From Yuukianura sp. NJ FZ-2021 (taxonomy: Eukaryota): 64,000 nucleotides of DNA. Both the position numbers and the translations under genes were made by a program. Under the pieces are notes generated by a model. The model worked only from the letters and a program-made list of their open reading frames with translations. It was not told where the DNA came from and searched no databases. Location of the stretch: assembly GCA_046563655.1 (NCBI GenBank), contig CM102285.1:4526001-4590000 (forward strand), written 5' to 3'. Below are positions 14,488 to 27,400 of the stretch, in pieces (the stretch's first letter is position 1; each line of letters starts with the position of its first letter).

Positions 14488-17218
14488 TAATCGGAAAGCG
14501 AACCGCTTGCACCACTTCACTAGCGCATAGACCACGGTGGCTTTGATTACGTTAAAATTTTTGCGGCAAACAACAACTAATGCATAGCGTCAACTTCCTA
14601 CGCGCGATACAGTGACAAATAAGCATCCCGATTGAATTGTTAAAACGTCTTCACATTTTTCGCATTTTTAATCGGAAAGCGAACCGCTTGCACCACTTCA
14701 CTAGCGCATAGACCACGGTGGCTTTGATTACGTTAAAATTTTTGCGGCAAACAACAACTAATGCACAGCGTCAACTTCCTATGCGCGATACAGTGACAAA
14801 TATGCATCCCGATTGAATTGTTAAAACGTCTTCACATTTTTCGCATTTTTAATCGGAAAGCGAACCGCTTGCACCACTTCACTAGCGCATAGACCACGGT
14901 GGCTTTGATTACGTTAAAATTTTTTTGCGGCAAACAACAACTAATGCATAGCGTCAACTTCCTATGCGCGATACAGTGACAAATATGCATCCCGATTGAA
15001 TTGTTAAAACGTCTTCACATTTTTCGCATTTTTAATCGGAAAGCGAACCGCTTGCACCACTTCACTAGCGCATAGACCACGGTGGCTTTGAATACGTTAA
15101 AAAATTTTTGCGGCAAACAACAACTAATGCATAGCGTCAACTTCCTATGCGCGATACAGTGACAAATATGCATCCCGATTGAATTGTTAAAACGTCTTCA
15201 CATTTTTCGCATTTTTAATCGGAAAGCGAACCGCTTGCGCCACTTCACTAGCGCATAGACCACGGTGGCTTTGATTACGTTAAAAATTTTTGCGGCAAAC
15301 AACAACTAATGCATAGCGTCAACTTCCTATGCGCGATACAGTGACAAATATGCATCCCGATTGAATTGTTAAAACGTCTTCACATTTTTCGCATTTTTAA
15401 TCGGAAAGCGAACCGCTTGCACCACTTCACTAGCGCATAGACCACGGTGGCTTTGAATACGTTAAAAAATTTTTGCGGCAAACAACAACTAATGCATAGC
15501 GTCAACTTCCTATGCGCGATACAGTGACAAATATGCATCCCGATTGAATTGTTAAAACGTCTTCACATTTTTCGCATTTTTAATCGGAAAGCGAACCGCT
15601 TGCACCACTTCACTAGCGCATAGACCACGGTGGCTTTGATTACGTTAAAAATTTTTGCGGCAAACAACAACTAATGCATAGCGTCAACTTCCTATGCGCG
15701 ATACAGTGACAAATATGCATCCCGATTGAATTGTTAAAACGTCTTCACATTTTTCGCATTTTTAATCGGAAAGCGAACCGCTTGCACCACTTTACTAGCG
15801 CATAGACCACGGTGGCTTTGACTACGTTAAAATTTTTGCGGCAAACAACAACTAATGCACAGCGTCAACTTCCTATGCGCGATACAGTGACAAATATGCA
15901 TCCCGATTGAATTGTTAAAACGTCTTCACATTTTTCGCATTTTTAATCGGAAAGCGAACCGCTTGCACCACTTCACTAGCGCATAGACCACGGTGGCTTT
16001 GATTACGTTAAAATTTTTGCGGCAAACAACAACTAATGCATAGCGTCAACTTCCTATGCGCGATACAGTGACAAATATGCATCCCGATTGAATTGTTAAA
16101 ACGTCTTCACATTTTTCGCATTTTTAATCGGAAAGCGAACCGCTTGCACCACTTCACTAGGGCATAGACCACGGTGGCTTTGATTACGTTAAAAATTTTT
16201 GCGGCAAACAACAACTAATGCATAGCGTCAACTTCCTATGCGCGATACAGTGACAAATATGCATCCCGATTGAATTGTTAAAACGTCTTCACATTTTTCG
16301 CATTTTTAATCGGAAAGCGAACCGCTTGCACCACTTCACTAGCGCATAGACCACGGTGGCTTTGATTACGTTAAAAATTTTTGCGGCAAACAACAACTAA
16401 TGCATAGCGTCAACTTCCTATGCGGGATACAGTGACAAATATGCATCCCGATTGAATTGTTAAAACGTCTTCACATTTTTCGTATTTTTAATCGGAAAGC
16501 GAACCGCTTGCACCACTTCACTAGCGCATAGACCACGGTGGCTTTGATTACGTTAAAAATTTTTGCGGCAAACAACAAGTAATGCATAGCGTCAACTTCC
16601 TATGCGCGATACAGTGACAAATATGCATCCCGATTGAATTGTTAAAACGTCTTCACATTTTTCGCATTTTTAATCGGAAAGCGAACCGCTTGCACCACTT
16701 CACTAGCGCATAGACCACGGTGGCTTTGATTACGTTAAAAATTTTTGCGGCAAACAACAACTAATGCATAGCGTCAACTTCCTATGCGCGATACAGTGAC
16801 AAATATGCATCCCGATTGAATTGTTAAAACGTCTTCACATTTTTCGCATTTTTAATCGGAAAGCGAACCGCTTGCACCACTTCACTAGCGCATAGACCAC
16901 GGTGGCTTTGAATACGTTAAAAAATTTTTGCGGCAAACAACAACTAATGCATAGCGTCAACTTCCTATGCGCGATACAGTGACAAATATGCATCCCGATT
17001 GAATTGTTAAAACGTCTTCACATTTTTCGCATTTTTAATCGGAAAGCGAACCGCTTGCACCACTTCACTAGCGCATAGACCACGGTGGCTTTGATTACGT
17101 TAAAAAATTTTTGCGGCAAACAACAACTAATGCATAGCGTCAACTTCCTATGCGCGATACAGTGACAAATAAGCATCCCGATTGAATTGTTAAAACGTCT
17201 TCACATTTTTCGCATTTT

Positions 17219-18459
17219 AGTCTTCTGGAGACGCACGTCTACGACGTGCTGAAGAAGACTATTGATACGACTTTGTCTGTCTGTCCGTCCGTCCGTTCGC
17301 TTTTTTAGTATCTTTTGCACTGAAACATAAGCCCCATCGCAGTCGGGGGGTTATGTTTGGCTCAAGTATTTTCATTAGTTCTACATTGCACTCAAAGTCT
17401 TACATTAACAACGCACAAAGTTTGCCTCTGCATCGCGTTACTGTTTCTTAAGTCCTCAAAATTTTTGCGTTAGGTCTGCATTATACTCAAAATATTTATT
17501 AACAACGAAGTTTTGATCTGGTCATTTTCTGGCAGTTAGTTTAATTACGTTGTTAAATTAAGCCAAATTAGAGGGTAGAAATTCCGGCTTAAATTCGTAA
17601 TACGTAAACAGTGCCTTGTAGGGTTCAAAGTTCCTTTCTCAATAATTTTGATCATAAACAAGGGATATTCGAGTTTATAACTTATGCACTTAATTTAACA
17701 CATGGTGCATTTATTTGAACCGATTTTGATTTTATAGAAGTTATATTCGATGCCTACTCCTCAACGTTCAATTTTGATCAATTTGAACAACGAAGTTTTG
17801 ATCTTCTCATTTTCTGACATTATGTTTAGTTACGTTGTTAAATTAAGACTGATTAGAGGGTAGAAAATCCGGCTTAAATGATTATTATGTGAATTATGAA
17901 GACAGGGGTCAAATTTGCATTTACTAGATATTTTTATAATTTCGATTTTAATTTTGTGCATGATGCAAACTTATTGCACATGATTGTAAAATTGTGCAGT
18001 TATTTTGACGCTGGGTAATGGACGTTGTCATGACAACACTGGCAATGAATTACGTGCGGGTTGTTTAAGTTAGTTTCAACGTTCAATTTTGTGCATGTTA
18101 CACATTTGTGTGCAGTCAATTTCACGCCCGGTAATGGACTTTGTTATTTCAAAATTTGTGCATACTAGAGAACAATAATGTATTGTGCATCAACGTAATT
18201 TTGAAGAGAGTGAGAACTGTTCAGAGCTCAATCTGTACATTTTGATGGAAGCGGTTTTTTTAACATTTTAAAAACGTTTTCAAACGGTTCATTATCATCT
18301 TGGTGCAATTCGTGCACAAAAAGGCCATCCGCACTTAAAATTTTGAGCAACGTTTCAGTGTATGAATCTGGGGAAAACGGTTTCTCTCGTTTGGTCGTAT
18401 CCATTGTCTACTCCTCCAGAAGACCTATGCTCAACCCTTGAGCATCGCCCTACCTTGTT
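17219..18459 (+). mobile_element. HINE-like element, copy 6 (last in the array)
   Basis: Near-identical to the other copies, same junctions. Confidence 0.85.
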
Positions 18460-21400
18460 TAATCGGAAAGCGAACCGCTTGCACCACTTCACTAGCGCAT
18501 AGACCACGGTGGCTTTGATTACGTTAAAATTTTTGCGGCAAACAACAACTAATGCATAGCGTCAACTTCCTACGCGCGATACAGTGACAAATAAGCATCC
18601 CGATTGAATTGTTAAAACGTCTTCACATTTTTCGCATTTTTAATCGGAAAGCGAACCGCTTGCACCACTTCACTAGCGCATAGACCACGGTGGCTTTGAT
18701 TACGTTAAAATTTTTGCGGCAAACAACAACTAATGCACAGCGTCAACTTCCTATGCGCGATACAGTGACAAATATGCATCCCGATTGAATTGTTAAAACG
18801 TCTTCACATTTTTCGCATTTTTAATCGGAAAGCGAACCGCTTGCACCACTTCACTAGCGCATAGACCACGGTGGCTTTGATTACGTTAAAATTTTTGCGG
18901 CAAACAACAACTAATGCATAGCGTCAACTTCCTATGCGCGATACAGTGACAAATATGCATCCCGATTGAATTGTTAAAACGTCTTCACATTTTTCGCATT
19001 TTTAATCGGAAAGCGAACCGCTTGCACCACTTCACTAGCGCATAGACCACGGTGGCTTTGAATACGTTAAAAAATTTTTGCGGCAAACAACAACTAATGC
19101 ATAGCGTCAACTTCCTATGCGCGATACAGTGACAAATATGCATCCCGATTGAATTGTTAAAACGTCTTCACATTTTTCGCATTTTTAATCGGAAAGCGAA
19201 CCGCTTGCGCCACTTCACTAGCGCATAGACCACGGTGGCTTTGATTACGTTAAAAATTTTTGCGGCAAACAACAACTAATGCATAGCGTCAACTTCCTAT
19301 GCGCGATACAGTGACAAATATGCATCCCGATTGAATTGTTAAAACGTCTTCACATTTTTCGCATTTTTAATCGGAAAGCGAACCGCTTGCACCACTTCAC
19401 TAGCGCATAGACCACGGTGGCTTTGAATACGTTAAAAAATTTTTGCGGCAAACAACAACTAATGCATAGCGTCAACTTCCTATGCGCGATACAGTGACAA
19501 ATATGCATCCCGATTGAATTGTTAAAACGTCTTCACATTTTTCGCATTTTTAATCGGAAAGCGAACCGCTTGCACCACTTCACTAGCGCATAGACCACGG
19601 TGGCTTTGATTACGTTAAAAATTTTTGCGGCAAACAACAACTAATGCATAGCGTCAACTTCCTATGCGCGATACAGTGACAAATATGCATCCCGATTGAA
19701 TTGTTAAAACGTCTTCACATTTTTCGCATTTTTAATCGGAAAGCGAACCGCTTGCACCACTTTACTAGCGCATAGACCACGGTGGCTTTGACTACGTTAA
19801 AATTTTTGCGGCAAACAACAACTAATGCACAGCGTCAACTTCCTATGCGCGATACAGTGACAAATATGCATCCCGATTGAATTGTTAAAACGTCTTCACA
19901 TTTTTCGCATTTTTAATCGGAAAGCGAACCGCTTGCACCACTTCACTAGCGCATAGACCACGGTGGCTTTGATTACGTTAAAATTTTTGCGGCAAACAAC
20001 AACTAATGCATAGCGTCAACTTCCTATGCGCGATACAGTGACAAATATGCATCCCGATTGAATTGTTAAAACGTCTTCACATTTTTCGCATTTTTAATCG
20101 GAAAGCGAACCGCTTGCACCACTTCACTAGGGCATAGACCACGGTGGCTTTGATTACGTTAAAAATTTTTGCGGCAAACAACAACTAATGCATAGCGTCA
20201 ACTTCCTATGCGCGATACAGTGACAAATATGCATCCCGATTGAATTGTTAAAACGTCTTCACATTTTTCGCATTTTTAATCGGAAAGCGAACCGCTTGCA
20301 CCACTTCACTAGCGCATAGACCACGGTGGCTTTGAATACGTTAAAAAATTTTTGCGGCAAACAACAACTAATGCATAGCGTCAACTTCCTATGCGCGATA
20401 CAGTGACAAATATGCATCCCGATTGAATTGTTAAAACGTCTTCACATTTTTCGCATTTTTAATCGGAAAGCAAACCGCTTGCACCACTTCACTAGCGCAT
20501 AGACCACGGTGGCTTTGATTACGTTAAAAAATTTTTGCGGCAAACAACAACTAATGCATAGCGTCAACTTCCTATGCGCGATACAGTGACAAATAAGCAT
20601 CCCGATTGAATTGTTAAAACGTCTTCACATTTTTCGCATTTTTAATCGGAAAGCGAACCGCTTGCACCACTTCACTAGCGCATAGACCACGGTGGCTTTG
20701 AATACGTTAAAAAATTTTTGCGGCAAACAACAACTAATGCATAGCGTCAACTTCCTATGCGCGATACAGTGACAAATATGCATCCCGATTGAATTGTTAA
20801 AACGTCTTCACATTTTTCGCATTTTTAATCGGAAAGCAAACCGCTTGCACCACTTCACTAGCGCATAGACCACGGTGGCTTTGATTACGTTAAAAAATTT
20901 TTGCGGCAAACAACAACTAATGCATAGCGTCAACTTCCTATGCGCGATACAGTGACAAATAAGCATCCCGATTGAATTGTTAAAACGTCTTCACATTTTT
21001 CGCATTTTTAATCGGAAAGCGAACCGCTTGCACCACTTCACTAGCGCATAGACCACGGTGGCTTTGATTACGTTAAAATTTTTGCGGCAAACAACAACTA
21101 ATGCACAGCGTCAACTTCCTATGCGCGATACAGTGACAAATCTGCATCCCGATTGAATTGTTAAAACGTCTTCACATTTTTCGTATTTTTAATCGGAAAG
21201 CGAACCGCTTGCACCACTTCACTAGCGCATAGACCACGGTGGCTTTGATTACGTTAAAATTTTTGCGGCAAACAACAACTAATGCATAGCGTCAACTTCC
21301 TATGCGCGATACAGTGACAAATATGCATCCCGATTGAATTGTTAAAACGTCTTCACATTTTTCGCATTTTTAATCGGAAAGCGAACCGCTTGCACCACTT

Positions 21401-24400
21401 CACTAGCGCATAGACCACGGTGGCTTTGAATACGTTAAAAAATTTTTGCGGCAAACAACAACTAATGCATAGCGTCAACTTCCTATGCGCGATACAGTGA
21501 CAAATATGCATCCCGATTGAATTGTTAAAACGTCTTCACATTTTTCGCATTTTTAATCGGAAAGCGAACCGCTTGCGCCACTTCACTAGCGCATAGACCA
21601 CGGTGGCTTTGATTACGTTAAAAATTTTTGCGGCAAACAACAACTAATGCATAGCGTCAACTTCCTATGCGCGATACAGTGACAAATATGCATCCCGATT
21701 GAATTGTTAAAACGTCTTCACATTTTTCGCATTTTTAATCGGAAAGCGAACCGCTTGCACCACTTCACTAGCGCATAGACCACGGTGGCTTTGAATACGT
21801 TAAAAAATTTTTGCGGCAAACAACAACTAATGCATAGCGTCAACTTCCTATGCGCGATACAGTGACAAATATGCATCCCGATTGAATTGTTAAAACGTCT
21901 TCACATTTTTCGCATTTTTAATCGGAAAGCGAACCGCTTGCACCACTTCACTAGCGCATAGACCACGGTGGCTTTGATTACGTTAAAAATTTTTGCGGCA
22001 AACAACAACTAATGCATAGCGTCAACTTCCTATGCGCGATACAGTGACAAATATGCATCCCGATTGAATTGTTAAAACGTCTTCACATTTTTCGCATTTT
22101 TAATCGGAAAGCGAACCGCTTGCACCACTTTACTAGCGCATAGACCACGGTGGCTTTGACTACGTTAAAATTTTTGCGGCAAACAACAACTAATGCACAG
22201 CGTCACCTTCCTATGCGCGATACAGTGACAAATATGCATCCCGATTGAATTGTTAAAACGTCTTCACATTTTTCGCATTTTTAATCGGAAAGCGAACCGC
22301 TTGCACCACTTCACTAGCGCATAGACCACGGTGGCTTTGATTACGTTAAAATTTTTGCGGCAAACAACAACTAATGCATAGCGTCAACTTCCTATGCGCG
22401 ATACAGTGACAAATATGCATCCCGATTGAATTGTTAAAACGTCTTCACATTTTTCGCATTTTTAATCGGAAAGCGAACCGCTTGCACCACTTCACTAGGG
22501 CATAGACCACGGTGGCTTTGATTACGTTAAAAATTTTTGCGGCAAACAACAACTAATGCATAGCGTCAACTTCCTATGCGCGATACAGTGACAAATATGC
22601 ATCCCGATTGAATTGTTAAAACGTCTTCACATTTTTCGCATTTTTAATCGGAAAGCGAACCGCTTGCACCACTTCACTAGCGCATAGACCACGGTGGCTT
22701 TGAATACGTTAAAAAATTTTTGCGGCAAACAACAACTAATGCATAGCGTCAACTTCCTATGCGCGATACAGTGACAAATATGCATCCCGATTGAATTGTT
22801 AAAACGTCTTCACATTTTTCGCATTTTTAATCGGAAAGCAAACCGCTTGCACCACTTCACTAGCGCATAGACCACGGTGGCTTTGATTACGTTAAAAAAT
22901 TTTTGCGGCAAACAACAACTAATGCATAGCGTCAACTTCCTATGCGCGATACAGTGACAAATAAGCATCCCGATTGAATTGTTAAAACGTCTTCACATTT
23001 TTCGCATTTTTAATCGGAAAGCGAACCGCTTGCACCACTTCACTAGCGCATAGACCACGGTGGCTTTGAATACGTTAAAAAATTTTTGCGGCAAACAACA
23101 ACTAATGCATAGCGTCAACTTCCTATGCGCGATACAGTGACAAATATGCATCCCGATTGAATTGTTAAAACGTCTTCACATTTTTCGCATTTTTAATCGG
23201 AAAGCAAACCGCTTGCACCACTTCACTAGCGCATAGACCATGGTGGCTTTGATTACGTTAAAAAATTTTTGCGGCAAACAACAACTAATGCATAGCGTCA
23301 ACTTCCTATGCGCGATACAGTGACAAATAAGCATCCCGATTGAATTGTTAAAACGTCTTCACATTTTTCGCATTTTTAATCGGAAAGCGAACCGCTTGCA
23401 CCACTTCACTAGCGCATAGACCACGGTGGCTTTGATTACGTTAAAATTTTTGCGGCAAACAACAACTAATGCACAGCGTCAACTTCCTATGCGCGATACA
23501 GTGACAAATCTGCATCCCGATTGAATTGTTAAAACGTCTTCACATTTTTCGTATTTTTAATCGGAAAGCGAACCGCTTGCACCACTTCACTAGCGCATAG
23601 ACCACGGTGGCTTTGATTACGTTAAAATTTTTTTGCGGCAAACAACAACTAAGGCATAGCGTCAACTTCCTATGCGCGATACAGTGACAAATATGCATCC
23701 CGATTGAATTGCTAAAACGTCTTCACATTTTTCGCATTTTTAATCGGAAAGCGAACCGCTTGCACCACTTCACTAGCGCGTAGACCACGGTGGCTTTGAT
23801 TACGTTAAAAATTTTTTGCGGCAAACAACTACTAATGTATAGCGTCAACTTCCTATGCGCGATACAGTGAGAAATAAGCATTCCGATTGAATTGTTAAAA
23901 CGTCTTCACATTTTTCGCATTTTTAATCGGAAAGCGAACCGCTTGCACCACTTCACTAAGGCGTGGCTTTGATTACGTTAAAAATTTTTGCGGCAAACAA
24001 CAACTAATGCATAGCGTCAACTTCCTATGCGCGATACAGTGACAAATATGCATCCCGATTGAATTGTTAAAACGTCTTCACATTTTTCGCATTTTTAATC
24101 GGAAAGCGAACCGCTTGCACCACTTCACTAGCGCATAGACCACGGTGGCTTTGATTACGTTAAAATTTTTGCGGCAAACAACAACTAATGCACAGCGTCA
24201 ACTTCCTATGCGCGATACAGTGACAAATCTGCATCCCGATTGAATTGTTAAAACGTCTTCACATTTTTCGTATTTTTAATCGGAAAGCGAACCGCTTGCA
24301 CCACTTCACTAGCGCATAGACCACGGTGGCTTTGATTACGTTAAAAATTTTTTGCGGCAAACAACAACTAAGGCATAGCGTCAACTTCCTATGCGCGATA

Positions 24401-27400
24401 CAGTGACAAATATGCATCCCGATTGAATTGTTAAAACGTCTTCACATTTTTCGCATTTTTAATCGGAAAGCGAACCGCTTGCACCACTTCACTAGCGCAT
24501 AGACCACGGTGGGTTTGATTACGTTAAAATTTTTGCGGCAAACAACAACTAATGCACAGCGTCAACTTCCTATGCGCGATACAGTGACAAATCTGCATCC
24601 CGATTGAATTGTTAAAACGTCTTCACATTTTTCGTATTTTTAATCGGAAAGCGAACCGCTTGCACCACTTCACTAGCGCATAGACCACGGTGGCTTTGAT
24701 TACGTTAAAATTTTTTTGCGGCAAACAACAACTAATGCATAGCGTCAACTTCCTATGCGCGATACAGTGACAAATATGCATCCCGATTGAATTGTTAAAA
24801 CGTCTTCACATTTTTCGCATTTTTAATCGGAAAGCGAACCGCTTGCACCACTTCACTAGCGCGTAGACCACGGTGGCTTTGATTACGTTAAAAATTTTTT
24901 GCGGCAAACAACTACTAATGTATAGCGTCAACTTCCTATGCGCGATACAGTGAGAAATAAGCATTCCGATTGAATTGTTAAAACGTCTTCACATTTTTCG
25001 CATTTTTAATCGGAAAGCGAACCGCTTGCACCACTTCACTAAGGCGTAGACCACGGTGGCTTTGATTACGTTAAAAATTTTTGCGGCAAACAACAACTAA
25101 TGCATAGCGTCAACTTCCTATGCGCGATACAGTGACAAATATGCATCCCGATTGAATTGTTAAAACGTCTTCACATTTTTCGCATTTTTAATCGGAAAGC
25201 GAACCGCTTGCACCACTTCACTAGCGCATAGACCACGGTGGCTTTGATTACGTTAAAATTTTTGCGGCAAACAACAACTAATGCACAGCGTCAACTTCCT
25301 ATGCGCGATACAGTGACAAATCTGCATCCCGATTGAATTGTTAAAACGTCTTCACATTTTTCGTATTTTTAATCGGAAAGCGAACCGCTTGCACCACTTC
25401 ACTAGCGCATAGACCACGGTGGCTTTGATTACGTTAAAATTTTTTTGCGGCAAATAACAACTAAGGCATAGCGTCAACTTCCTATGCGCGATACAGTGAC
25501 AAATATGCATCCCGATTGAATTGTTAAAACGTCTTCACATTTTTCGCATTTTTAATCGGAAAGCGAACCGCTTGCACCACTTCACTAGCGCATAGACCAC
25601 GGTGGCTTTGATTACGTTAAAAAATTTTTGCGGCAAACAACAACTAATGCATAGCGTCAACTTCCTATGCGCGATACAGTGACAAATATGCATCCCGATT
25701 GAATTGTTAAAACGTCTTCACATTTTTCGCATTTTTAATCGGAAAGCGAACCGCTTGCACCACTTCACTAGCGCATTGACCACGGTGGCTTTGATTACGT
25801 TAAAATTTTTGCGGCAAACAACAACTAATGCATAGCGTCAACTTCCTATGCGCGATACAGTGACAAATATGCATCCCGATTGAATTGTTAAAACGTCTTC
25901 ACATTTTTCGCATTTTTAATCGGAAAGCGAACCGCTTGCACCACTTCACTAGCGCATAGACCACGGTGGCTTTGATTACGTTAAAAAATTTTGCGGCAAA
26001 CAACAACTAATGCATAGCGTCAACTTCCTATGCGCGATACAGTGACAAATATGCATCCCGATTGAATTGTTAAAACGTCTTCACATTTTTCGCATTTTTA
26101 ATCGGAAAGCGAACCGCTTGCACCACTTCACTAAGGCGTAGACCACGGTGGCTTTGATTACGTTAAAAATTTTTGCGGCAAACAACAACTAATGCATAGC
26201 GTCAACTTCCTATGCGCGATACAGTGACAAATAAGCATCCCGATTGAATTGTTAAAACGTCTTCACATTTTTCGCATTTTTAATCGGAAAGCGAACCGCT
26301 TGCACCACTTCACTAGCGCATAGACCACGGTGGCTTTGATTACGTTAAAAAATTTTGCGGCAAACAACAACTAATGCATAGCGTCAACTTCCTATGCGCG
26401 ATACAGTGACAAATATGCATCCCGATTGAATTGTTAAAACGTCTTCACATTTTTCGCATTTTTAATCGGAAAGCGAACCGCTTGCACCACTTCACTAAGG
26501 CGTAGACCACGGTGGCTTTGATTACGTTAAAAATTTTTGCGGCAAACAACAACTAATGCATAGCGTCAACTTCCTATGCGCGATACAGTGACAAATATGC
26601 ATCCCGATTGAATTGTTAAAACGTCTTCACATTTTTCGCATTTTTAATCGGAAAGCGAACCGCTTGCACCACTTCACTAGCGCATAAACCACGGTGGCTT
26701 TGATTACGTTAAAATTTTTGCGGCAAACAACAACTAATGCACAGCGTCAACTTCCTATGCGCGATACAGTGACAAATCTGCATCCCGATTGAATTGTTAA
26801 AACGTCTTCACATTTTTCGCATTTTTAATCGGAAAGCGAACCGCTTGCACCACTTCACTAAGGCGTAGACCACGGTGGCTTTGATTACGTTAAAAATTTT
26901 TGCGGCAAACAACAACTAATGCATAGCGTCAACTTCCTATGCGCGATACAGTGACAAATATGCATCCCGATTGAATTGTTAAAACGTCTTCACATTTTTC
27001 GCATTTTTAATCGGAAAGCGAACCGCTTGCACCACTTCACTAGCGCATAGACCACGGTGGCTTTGATTACGTTAAAATTTTTTTGTGGCAAACAACAACT
27101 AAGGCATAGCGTCAACTTCCTATGCGCGATACAGTGACAAATATGCATCCCGATTGAATTGTTAAAACGTCTTCACATTTTTCGCATTTTTAATCGGAAA
27201 GCGAACCGCTTGCACCACTTCACTAGCGCATAGACCACGGTGGCTTTGATTACGTTAAAAAATTTTTGCGGCAAACAACAACTAATGCATAGCGTCAACT
27301 TCCTATGCGCGATACAGTGACAAATATGCATCCCGATTGAATTGTTAAAACGTCTTCACATTTTTCGCATTTTTAATCGGAATGCGAACCGCTTGCACCA

